This document shows positions 10,501 through 18,400 of a stretch of 64,000 bases of DNA, piece by piece. The notes beneath the pieces were generated by a model, which saw only the letters and a list, made by a program, of their open reading frames with translations, searched no databases and was not told where the DNA came from. Position 1 is the stretch's first letter, and the number at the start of each line of letters is the position of its first letter. The translations under genes were made by a program, and so were the position numbers. The DNA comes from Candidatus Latescibacterota bacterium (GTDB lineage: Bacteria > Latescibacterota > UBA2968): NCBI GenBank assembly GCA_965207885.1, contig OZ242311.1:1376001-1440000 (forward strand), given 5' to 3'.

Positions 10501-12333
10501 TACACGGGCATATTACCCTTGGTGCACTGCGGTATTGGTGTTGCTTTCGCCCAGGCAGGGCGGACTGCTGAGGCTGAAGAGGCTTTTAAGCAGGCGATTG
10601 AATGCCGGAGAGAATCCAAAGGCGATCACTGGGCGCGTGCATTGCTGATGGCAGGGGAGTTTTATCTCCAGCGCGATGATATGACAAGAGCTACGGAGTA
10701 TCTCGAAGCGGCAAAACAGGCGTTTGAAGAAATGGAAATGTCCTATTTTTTGGAGAAAACACAGGTGCTATTAAATCAATTATCTCACGACAAAGATGGC
10801 CGCGGCAATAATGTCGCACCCAGTTCTGAGATTTCAGTCGATACGTTGTCTGTTGATCGCTGGCGCTTGCTTTACGATGTGAGTCGGGAATTGACCACAG
10901 AGCGCGATGTCAAAGTGTTGTTGGATCGAACTTTGGGTAATTTACTGGCTGTTTATCCCGCAGAGCGAGTACTTATTGCAGTGAAAAATGAGACTCCAAA
11001 AAGCTTTGTGGTTGATGCAGTCCGTTACCACAATGTAGAAGCAGATGATGCGGAAGCACTGAGTCGGGGTATTATTCGTCGGGTTATTGAGACAAATGAA
11101 CCCATTTTGAGCGTTGATGCACAGGCAGACGACAGGCTAAATCAATATCAGAGCGTGATGGACTACAATATCCGGTCTGTATTGTGCGTATCCCTATTTC
11201 ATGTTAGCGAAGGTGTAATGGGTGCCCTGTATGTGGATCATCGCAGTATTGGCAACGCATTTTCTGAAGCAGATCAGACGTTTTTGCAGGCATTTGCGAA
11301 TCTGGTGGGGGTGGCACTGGTCAATGCGAAGATGTACGAACAATTAGAAGATAAAGCGCGATATTTGCAGCACCAAGTCGAAAGACGGTACCAGCTTGGC
11401 GATCTGGTCGGGCAAAGCGATGCGATGCAGACCATCTACTATCTTATCGAACGCGCTTCACAAAGTGATATACCCGTGCTTGTGCAAGGCGAAACAGGTA
11501 CGGGCAAAGAATTGGCTGCCCGTGCTATACACTACAATAGCAGACGCAAAGACCAGCCATTTTTGTCTCAAAATTGTGCTGCATTTTCGCCAGAGTTGTT
11601 GCAGAGCGAGTTGTTTGGGTACAAAAAAGGCGCATTTACAGGAGCGACTGAAGATCATAAGGGGATTTTTGAGGCGGCCAATGGGGGTACGGTTTTTTTA
11701 GATGAAATCGCCGATGCCTCGCCACAGTTGCAAAGGAGTTTGTTGCGGGTGTTACAAGAAGGAGAGGTGCGGCGTGTGGGAGAAACAGAGGATCGCGCAG
11801 TGGATGTACGCATTATTGCGGCGACCAATCAAGACTTAAAAAAAGAAGTAGAAAACAGATCCTTCCGTGAAGATTTGTATTACCGGTTGCATGTGATTCA
11901 GATCGATATGCCGCCTTTGCGAAAACGCATTGAAGATGTGCCATTATTGGCCGAACATCTGCTCACCCGAACAAAAGAAGAGTCAAACAAGTCGGTTGGA
12001 GGGCTGACAGTGGGTGCAATCAGGGCGCTCACAAGTTATGACTGGCCGGGCAATGTGCGCGAGTTGGAAAATAAGGTTCGACTTGCGGTTACATTGGCAG
12101 AAGAAGGTGGTGAAATCACGTCCGATTTGTTTTCAGAAGCTGTCGGTCACGCGGTGTCAGGTGCCTCTGTCGAATATCAAAAGCGTTTACGAGATCGTGT
12201 TCAGGAATATGAGAAACGGTTGATTATGGATGCGCTCGAGAAATGCGAGGGCAATATTACGCATACGGCTAAAGAACTGAGGATAACGCGTGCTGGCCTA
12301 CAAAAAAAGATCAATCGTTTGGGGTTGAAATAG
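7513..12333 (+). CDS. Multidomain signalling protein: Ser/Thr kinase - STAND-type AAA ATPase - TPR - GAF - sigma54 AAA+ activator - Fis HTH
   Basis: Kinase GTGGMGEVY, HRDLKPSN, DMG (for DFG), GTAEYMSPEQ; P-loop GESGVGKT with LEDIQW; helical repeats; GAF (RSVLCVSL...LYVD); GETGTGKE, GAFTGA, FLDEI, FREDLYYRL, WPGNVRELEN; C-terminal HTH. Confidence 0.9.
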   Translation: MFENGTILDNKYQIQAHLGTGGMGEVYRVLDLEQGQECALKILNTMVDQKAVYRRFHREFQVLNRFQHPRLVRTYTWGFAEERPYFTMEYLPGKTLEKIIADRTHSGQFRTSHFFDLIQQIAEGLAYIHAQGAVHRDLKPSNIMVLKTEKGIETTILDMGLAKLRHLHSVSITQTGTAIGTAEYMSPEQGKGLWVDHRSDLYSLGIILYEMLTGAPPFSGQNPISVIMKHIRESPPPIGEAHVEIPTQTQEIVLRLLAKEPVDRYQSAEELLQTLNDVAPLKFVLSDDEQRDVHRKVMRPQFIGRESEMKMLRTMLQDVQAGEQRVVLISGESGVGKTRLIEELLGDALIHDFLCLKGASQEEGGQIYGALIDAFQGKVDLVAELPDPAESDKFSVMERWLQLLKRLRQKQPIVLCLEDIQWLDELTLEFLQYVLRDPEPCPFLLYLTCRWSNLEPLPKEIEKFIHSNELAKATRIQLENLPREEVGYLAASMLGEISIPRDALQSLFRETGGQPLFVVEAVRALVSADVVRQNVSGDWQWGEFPETLLSNDFSEILYRRIATLPAVQQRVLEYACVFLSDFPFELLAAVWRSDELELLDVLDELIAEGLLTACGEDEDQYRFSQELCRRAIYDRMQYVRRRLLHREIGNALEKTEDAEELTEELADHFAAAEERDKAIKYMRLSGKKALEKHAYRQARMRFESVRKWTPDDAFESPADTIIFLCDYANVLRCCSQHNSALKLLDEAKALLPADRKDLKARILNDLGEIRSVTHHGEIAEEYMLKALQLYRELGDLDGEIQALGILAYLCDVSGRHEEAIAYMRREIEKRRVLEDPQQNTFIQGREGQAALMGFRFEIAKGYLETAVKAFKQPGLEHHRLWALNLLPRVYFFLGNLNRAEAICYKVIGEWQKRGVVYSEAVNLLWLGELALERGDFVEALEYAEISIERFLQTPRKDYVYRAYAIAATATAGMEDTEAALEWGEKASEGVQQTSSMYTGILPLVHCGIGVAFAQAGRTAEAEEAFKQAIECRRESKGDHWARALLMAGEFYLQRDDMTRATEYLEAAKQAFEEMEMSYFLEKTQVLLNQLSHDKDGRGNNVAPSSEISVDTLSVDRWRLLYDVSRELTTERDVKVLLDRTLGNLLAVYPAERVLIAVKNETPKSFVVDAVRYHNVEADDAEALSRGIIRRVIETNEPILSVDAQADDRLNQYQSVMDYNIRSVLCVSLFHVSEGVMGALYVDHRSIGNAFSEADQTFLQAFANLVGVALVNAKMYEQLEDKARYLQHQVERRYQLGDLVGQSDAMQTIYYLIERASQSDIPVLVQGETGTGKELAARAIHYNSRRKDQPFLSQNCAAFSPELLQSELFGYKKGAFTGATEDHKGIFEAANGGTVFLDEIADASPQLQRSLLRVLQEGEVRRVGETEDRAVDVRIIAATNQDLKKEVENRSFREDLYYRLHVIQIDMPPLRKRIEDVPLLAEHLLTRTKEESNKSVGGLTVGAIRALTSYDWPGNVRELENKVRLAVTLAEEGGEITSDLFSEAVGHAVSGASVEYQKRLRDRVQEYEKRLIMDALEKCEGNITHTAKELRITRAGLQKKINRLGLK

Positions 12334-12344
12334 ACGTTGAACAG

Positions 12345-12467
12345 GTGCATCCAACTGTATGCAGTAGTGCATCCAACTGTATGCACCTATCTATCCTTAT
12401 ATAATTCAAATAGTTATATTGATTTTCTTTAAATAAACGATTTAGAGGTGCATCCAATTGTATGCAC
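12345..12467. promoter_or_regulatory. Three copies of an imperfect palindrome, putative upstream activator (enhancer) sites
   Basis: GTGCATCCAACTGTATGCA at 12345-12363 and 12367-12385 (22-bp period); GTGCATCCAATTGTATGCAC at 12448-12467. Confidence 0.75.
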
Positions 12468-12576
12468 TTTCGCCAGAATTTCCCAAATTTAGCATAAATG
12501 ATTTTTTAATTTTATCTCTTTGCTTTTCAATCACTTGAGCACATTCAAGTGCTTTTTTTTGTGCTGAGACGATTTT

Positions 12577-12592
12577 GGGCACGGATCTTGCA
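12577..12592 (+). promoter_or_regulatory. sigma54 (-24/-12) promoter
   Basis: GGGCACGGATCTTGCA = GG-N10-GC, matching GGCAC-N5-TTGC; lies between the enhancer boxes and a strong RBS. Confidence 0.8.
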
Positions 12593-12647
12593 ATATGGAA
12601 AGGGCAAACAGTTATGGCGCAGGTTTTTTCCATTAAAGGAGGATAAC

Positions 12648-12827
12648 ATGACAACACGACGCAAGTTGACTTTGATTAATGGAGCAATAGATGCGAAAGG
12701 AGATATTCAAATATACCGATTCACGAATAGCCTTGAAATTGGGGGATGTCCATCTGGTTCGCCGGTTGTTCCTCCTGTCCCCTTTCCCGATGATGACGAT
12801 TGGGACGATTTTGAACAGGCTGAGTGA
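12648..12827 (+). CDS. Putative RiPP precursor peptide, 59 aa (ranthipeptide-like leader, single Cys, Pro-rich then acidic core)
   Basis: AAAGGAGG RBS before ATG 12648; MTTRRKLTLINGAIDAKGDIQIYRFTNSLEIGGCPSGSPVVPPVPFPDDDDWDDFEQAE; immediately upstream of an RRE-radical SAM-SPASM gene. Confidence 0.75.
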   Translation: MTTRRKLTLINGAIDAKGDIQIYRFTNSLEIGGCPSGSPVVPPVPFPDDDDWDDFEQAE

Positions 12828-12850
12828 TTTAATTTTAGGGAGTGTTTGAC

Positions 12851-14287
12851 ATGCTGTGCATTCAGAGATGCGAAATGCATCTTTTTCATACTGAAGAGCA
12901 AAAACAGCCGATTGTCTATCAGGTTGAGACTGGTCTGTTTTTTGCACTGGATACTCTTTTTCAGTCGATTTTAGAGTGCTGTGAGGGGATGTCTGCTTCA
13001 CAGGTTGTCCAGAGGTTGACCAATCAATACGAGGCAGAAGAAATTGTCGAGGCCATTGAGGAACTGTCTCAAGTGGGTTTGATTTCGGATGGTGCTTTGC
13101 CCCTAATATCCAATGTGCCGACGACAGAAGGGGTGGCAGCCTGTGGGGTTTCGCAGACAGATCGTTTGCAGGTGTCCTTGCACGTTTCGCATACGTGCAA
13201 TATTCAATGTGCGTATTGCTTTGCCCACGGTGGAGATTATGGCGGTAAGGCCATGCTGATGCAAATAGATGTTGCCGAGCAAGCCATACGCTGGATTGTC
13301 ACCGAGGCTCAGGTATTCGGACGGTGCCAGATTGATTTTTTTGGCGGAGAGCCGCTTCTGAATTTTCCATTGATGCAGGAGCTTGTTCCGTTTGCCAAAT
13401 CCCTATCAGCGCGATTGGGGGTGCAGGTTGGTTTTGGCATTGTGACCAATGGCACGTTGTTGACTGATGAGATGAGGCAATTTTTGGTTGATGAAAATTT
13501 TCAGATTAAGGTCAGCCTGGATGGGGGGCGTAAAACACAGGACCGCATTCGCAAGTTTCACAATGGTTCTGGGACTTATGATGTTGTGGCAAAGAATGTG
13601 GAGAAACTGACTGCTGAGGTGCCTGAGCGCGTGTATTTGCAGGCTGTTATGACAGCTTATGATATGGACGAGGATCAGATTGCCGATGCGTTGCGTTCTC
13701 TGGGTACTGAAAACGCGCTTGTTGGTCCGGCTGTTGTCTCTCCCGATGCGCCTTATGCGATTGGGGAAGAACACATACCCGTTTTGAAGGAACAAATTCA
13801 CAAGCGGAGTAGGCGTGCGCTCAAAGCTATTTTAAGCGGTGAAGAGAGTGAAGATAAAGAGTTTGATCCGCGGATTCAAAAACTTTTGACGCGCCAAAAA
13901 TCCTGTCATGGGTGTCTGGGTGGTAAGCAGTATCTGGCTATTGCAGCAGATGGGTCGATTTATTTTTGCTCGAGTTTGGCCGATGCGCCCGAGTTTAAGA
14001 TGGGTGATGTGTTTGCGGGTATTGATCGCGAAAAGCAGCAGCATTTTGACGCGCAGTTCAATGTGAATAATCGCCCTGAGTGCAAGACGTGCTGGGCGCG
14101 CAACTTATGTGGTGGCGGGTGTCTTTGGGAGGCGCGGACAACAACGGGTGACCCAATGTATCCAAATCCAGTTTCTTGTGAACAGACGCGTTATCGCTAT
14201 GAATTGGCGATGGAGATGTGTATGGAGATTGCAGAAGCGGATGCGTCTTTGTTACAGCGACGATATGATCTGGAAGTGGTATCATAA
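12851..14287 (+). CDS. Radical SAM/SPASM peptide maturase with N-terminal RRE-like domain (CteB/PapB/QhpD-like)
   Basis: CNIQCAYC (CX3CX2C), FFGGEPLL, VTNGTLL, SLDG; SPASM CHGCLGG...FC...CKTCWARNLCGGGC...C; N-terminal ~80-aa strand/helix region ending IEELSQVGLI. AGGGAG precedes ATG 12851. Confidence 0.88.
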   Translation: MLCIQRCEMHLFHTEEQKQPIVYQVETGLFFALDTLFQSILECCEGMSASQVVQRLTNQYEAEEIVEAIEELSQVGLISDGALPLISNVPTTEGVAACGVSQTDRLQVSLHVSHTCNIQCAYCFAHGGDYGGKAMLMQIDVAEQAIRWIVTEAQVFGRCQIDFFGGEPLLNFPLMQELVPFAKSLSARLGVQVGFGIVTNGTLLTDEMRQFLVDENFQIKVSLDGGRKTQDRIRKFHNGSGTYDVVAKNVEKLTAEVPERVYLQAVMTAYDMDEDQIADALRSLGTENALVGPAVVSPDAPYAIGEEHIPVLKEQIHKRSRRALKAILSGEESEDKEFDPRIQKLLTRQKSCHGCLGGKQYLAIAADGSIYFCSSLADAPEFKMGDVFAGIDREKQQHFDAQFNVNNRPECKTCWARNLCGGGCLWEARTTTGDPMYPNPVSCEQTRYRYELAMEMCMEIAEADASLLQRRYDLEVVS

Positions 14288-14323
14288 GCAAAGAAGTTCT
14301 GATGAAAAACTGGTATCCAATAC

Positions 14324-14376
14324 GGCATCCAAATAGGGATTAACACTCTGTTAGATGCCATTTATTTTGTTTCTTT
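14324..14376 (+). terminator. Possible intrinsic terminator after the radical SAM gene
   Basis: Imperfect stem GGCATCCAAATAGGG / CTCTGTTAGATGCC followed by ATTTATTTTGTTTCTTT. Confidence 0.4.
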
Positions 14377-14404
14377 GGGTGGGAGTCTCGACAGATTGTT
14401 GGTG

Positions 14405-15397
14405 ATGGGAGAAATATATCAATCAAAAAAATCCGGCCTCAATAAATGGCCGCTCATTGGACAGCATTCCTCACTCTTAGACGTGCAAAAGCGCGCGTAC
14501 CGCGTGGCAAATAGCGAATTGCCCGTCAACATCAGTGGAGAAACTGGCACGGGTAAGGAATTGCTCGCCCGTTATGTTCACGGCATTAGCCACCGCAACA
14601 GGGGACCATTTGTAACCGTTGACTGCGGTCTGCTCTCTTCTGAAATGTCGCGCAGCGAGTTATTTGGACATGTTCGAGGTGCTTTTACTGGCGCCAGCCA
14701 AACGCGCATCGGACTGGTTGAATCTGCCCAAGGCGGTACGCTATTCCTCGATGAAGTAGGCGAATTGCCTGCCAACCTTCAGTTGCAATTGCTACGCCTG
14801 GTACAGGAACAGGAATTTCGTCGCGTAGGCGAAGCATCCATGCGCCGGTCCAACGTGCGCCTGATCACTGCGACACACTGTAACTTGAAAAAAATGGTGC
14901 GAAAAGGGACTTTCCGAGAAGATCTCTATTACCGCTTAACTGTCGTACCTCTACATTTGCCACCCTTGCGGAAGCGACTGAGCGACTTGCCTCTTTTAAT
15001 CACGCATTTTTGCAAAAGTATGAAAGAATACAATCGCGCATTTTCCCCCGAAGTAATTCAAAGGATGTCGCATTACGCCTGGCCCGGCAATGTTCGGGAA
15101 CTACAACACGAAGTCGCCCGATTGATGGTCATGAGCGAAGGTAAAATTATCCGCGTATCCGATCTGCACCCTCGCATTCGAGGATCCAAAGCCGAGGTCG
15201 ATGTATTTGACCTCCCGTTTAAAGAAGCCAGACAACTGGCGAACAGCCGGTTTATGCGGGAGTATCTCGACAGAGCCTTGAAGCGAACACAGGGCAATGT
15301 AACCCAGGCAGCGCAACAATGCGGGATTGGCCGACAGTATTTCCAATTGCGCATGTCTGAATACGGTCTAAAGTCGGCATCTTACAAACAGAAATAA
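14405..15397 (+). CDS. sigma54-dependent activator (AAA+ and Fis HTH) with no N-terminal sensory domain
   Basis: LIGQHS near the N-terminus, GETGTGKE, GAFTGA, FLDEV, FREDLYYRL, WPGNVREL, GNVTQAAQQCGIGRQ HTH. Confidence 0.88.
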   Translation: MGEIYQSKKSGLNKWPLIGQHSSLLDVQKRAYRVANSELPVNISGETGTGKELLARYVHGISHRNRGPFVTVDCGLLSSEMSRSELFGHVRGAFTGASQTRIGLVESAQGGTLFLDEVGELPANLQLQLLRLVQEQEFRRVGEASMRRSNVRLITATHCNLKKMVRKGTFREDLYYRLTVVPLHLPPLRKRLSDLPLLITHFCKSMKEYNRAFSPEVIQRMSHYAWPGNVRELQHEVARLMVMSEGKIIRVSDLHPRIRGSKAEVDVFDLPFKEARQLANSRFMREYLDRALKRTQGNVTQAAQQCGIGRQYFQLRMSEYGLKSASYKQK

Positions 15398-15413
15398 TAC
15401 CTCACGGTGTACT

Positions 15414-15449
15414 AAAAAAACGTCAATGGAAAAATCCATTGACGTTTTT
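15414..15449. terminator. Intrinsic terminator, potentially bidirectional
   Basis: Perfect stem CGTCAATGGA-AAAA-TCCATTGACG flanked by an A-run and a T-run. Confidence 0.8.
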
Positions 15450-15476
15450 CTTTGCAGGGTGTTTCTTGAGCGTATC

Positions 15477-18400
15477 ATGCAATACATCGCCGACATACAC
15501 CTGCACTCGCGTTTTGCCCGCGCAACCAGCAAAACCCTGAACCCCGAAAACCTGTATCGGTGGAGCCTCATCAAAGGCCTGACAGTAGTAGGCACCGGAG
15601 ATTTCACCCATCCGGTATGGTTTGACGAACTGCGCGATCAACTCGAACCCGCCGAAGAAGGGCTATATCAACTGCGATCAGACCTCAGGCGAGGTATAGA
15701 CGCCGAGTTGCCACAAGCCTGTCGCGGACAAATGCGGTTTGTGCTCTCGGTCGAAATCAGTCTCATATACAAAAAGAACGACAAAACCAGAAAAATACAT
15801 CACGTCGTCACAATGCCGAGTTTTGACGCTGCGGCGCGATTAAATGCCCGACTCGGCGCAATAGGCAACCTGAAATCCGACGGACGCCCCATTCTTGGCC
15901 TGGACAGCCGGGACCTGGTAGAGATCTGTCTGGAAGCCTGTGACGAGGTACTCTTCATACCCGCGCACATCTGGACCCCTCATTTTGCTGTCCTGGGCGC
16001 GAGTTCCGGGTTTGACACCCTGGAAGAATGTTTTGAAGACATGCTCCCCCACATCTTCGCCGTAGAAACCGGCCTATCCTCCGACCCACCGATGAACTGG
16101 CGCCTATCCATGCTGGACAACTACGCAATCGTCTCCAATTCAGACGCGCATTCCCCACAAAAACTCGCCCGCGAAGCCACCTGCTTTAACACAGACCTAT
16201 CATTCCGCGGAATGTATAACGCATTAAAAGACCGCGACCCAACGCGCTTTACGGGCACCCTGGAATTCTATCCCGAAGAAGGCAAATATCACTTTGACGG
16301 ACACAGAAAATGCGACATATGCTGGAAACCCGTACAAACCCTCGACGCAGACGAAATCTGCCCGGTATGTGGCCGCAAATTGACCGTTGGCGTACTCCAC
16401 CGCGTTGAAAAACTCGCAGACCGCGCAGAAGGCGACCGCCCCGACGTGGTAATGCCCTTTGAAAACCTGATCCCACTGCCGGAAATCATCGGCTCAGTCC
16501 TCCAGGTGGGACCCACCAGCAAGCGCGTACAAACCGTGTACGAACAAATGCTATCAACACACGGAGCAGAATTGAAAATCTTGCGCGAACTGCCCATCGA
16601 AGAAATCGCCAAAACAGGAGACTTCCTCATCGCCGAAGGCATTCGACGCATGCGCGAAGGGGAAGTTCACATAGACCCGGGATACGACGGCGTGTACGGA
16701 AAAATTCAAGTCTTCTCCGACGAAGACCGCGCACGCCTGAGCGGGCAGGAAACGCTGTTTCACATACCAGCCGGGGAGCCTTCGAAAGAGAAAGCAGAGA
16801 ACGCGAGCCTGGACAAGAGCACAGAAAACTCAATAGCCAAAGATTCTTCTTTCACACTTCCCACTTCACTCTTCCCACTTCTCGACCCCCACCAGCAAGC
16901 AGCCGTAACAACGGAAAAAGGTCCCGTCATCGTAACAGCGGGACCCGGCACCGGAAAAACCCGGGTCCTCACCCATCGCGTAATCGACTTGATCCAAAAC
17001 CGCGGCGTATCACCCGCTTCTGTGATGGCCGTAACATTCACCAATCGCGCCGCAACTGAAATGTGGGAACGGATCGTATCCCTATCCTCAGGAGGCGAAG
17101 AACTGGTCCCCATGCGCGTGGGCACATTCCACCGCCTATCACTGGACCTCCTGCGAGAATACGCCCCCGAGCGAATGGGCGCAATAGCTGACCGAGGAGA
17201 AGCCCGCACCGTCTTACAGGAAGCAATCGCCGACATCGACACCGAAACATCGGTCGATGACGCCCTCTCCCAAATCTCGCTATGCAAAGCTACAGGACAG
17301 GAAATACCCGACATCACCGACACCGAACTCCAAACCATTTACACCAATTATCAACATCGCCTCACCACTTATGGCCTGATGGACTTTGACGACATCTTAC
17401 TCATACTCCACGACGTACTCTCCGGTGACATTTTACAAACAATCCAGGCGCGATTTACCCACGTACTCGTCGATGAATTTCAGGACGTCAACGCCGTACA
17501 GTACGCACTGATTCAAAAACTGTCCGGAGATGGATCGGGCCTCTTCGTCATCGGCGATCCCGATCAAGCCATCTACGGTTTTCGGGGCGCGAGCGCGGGA
17601 TATTTCGCGCAATTAAAAGCGGATTATCCCGGATCAAACGAAGTAATCCTGCAGCACACATATCGCTCCACCCCACAGATCATCTCCGCAGCATCCAGCC
17701 TGCTTCGCGGACGATCGTATGTCCCCGTGCGAGAAAATGGCCCAAATCTGAGAGCCTTATCCACACCGGGCGAAACCGGCGAAGGCATCGCCATCGTAGA
17801 AGAAATCTCCCGAATGGTCGGCGGTGCAGACTTATTGCAAGCCAACGAAGAAGGCAAACGCAGCCTGGACGACTTCGCCGTATTATTCCGTACCGGACGA
17901 CAAGCAGACGCCCTGGAAACGTGCTTCTTACAGGCCGGGATCCCCTACCGCGTCGTCGGGCAGAAAAGCTATCTGGACGCAGCTTCGGTACAGCACGCCC
18001 TATCGTTTTTTAAGTGCGTCCTGAGAGATATTTCCAGTGCCCCAACCACCAGAGATATAATCGACCTCCTCTCCATCCCCGCATTTGACCCTGGCAGAGA
18101 AGCGCGCGCAACAATGCGTCGTCAGGCTCAAAACACCGCGCTATCTGACACTGTACAGGAAAAATTGGACGCCGCGATGGAAGCCGTAGATCGCTTCCGC
18201 AATGAAACATCTCACCTATCGCCTTCCGAACGCATAGCAAAATGGGCAGAAGAATTTGCGACATCAGACGACATCGACATCGAACGACTGAGCCTGTTGG
18301 CTCAAGGCGTGGATTCCATCGCAGAGCTATTGGAAATCATCACCCTGGGACAGGATGGCGACTTTGTGCGTCGTGGAAAAATTGCGCGGCCCGAAGCCGT

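Noticed and set aside
12345-12467. Repeats read as a mini CRISPR array
   Set aside because: Repeats are 19-20 bp with gaps of 3 and about 60 nt, there are no cas genes, and the position fits sigma54 enhancer sites.
12549-12647. 92-aa version of the precursor ORF
   Set aside because: The extension overlaps the sigma54 promoter; the strong RBS points to ATG 12648.
12648-14287. Calling the locus canonical SCIFF, QhpC/QhpD, mycofactocin or PQQ
   Set aside because: The peptide has one Cys and none of those cores; no amine dehydrogenase subunits, mft or pqq partner genes are present.
15426-15476. ORF-track start of the EndoQ-UvrD gene
   Set aside because: That ATG lies inside a terminator stem; the PHP motif begins right after ATG 15477.
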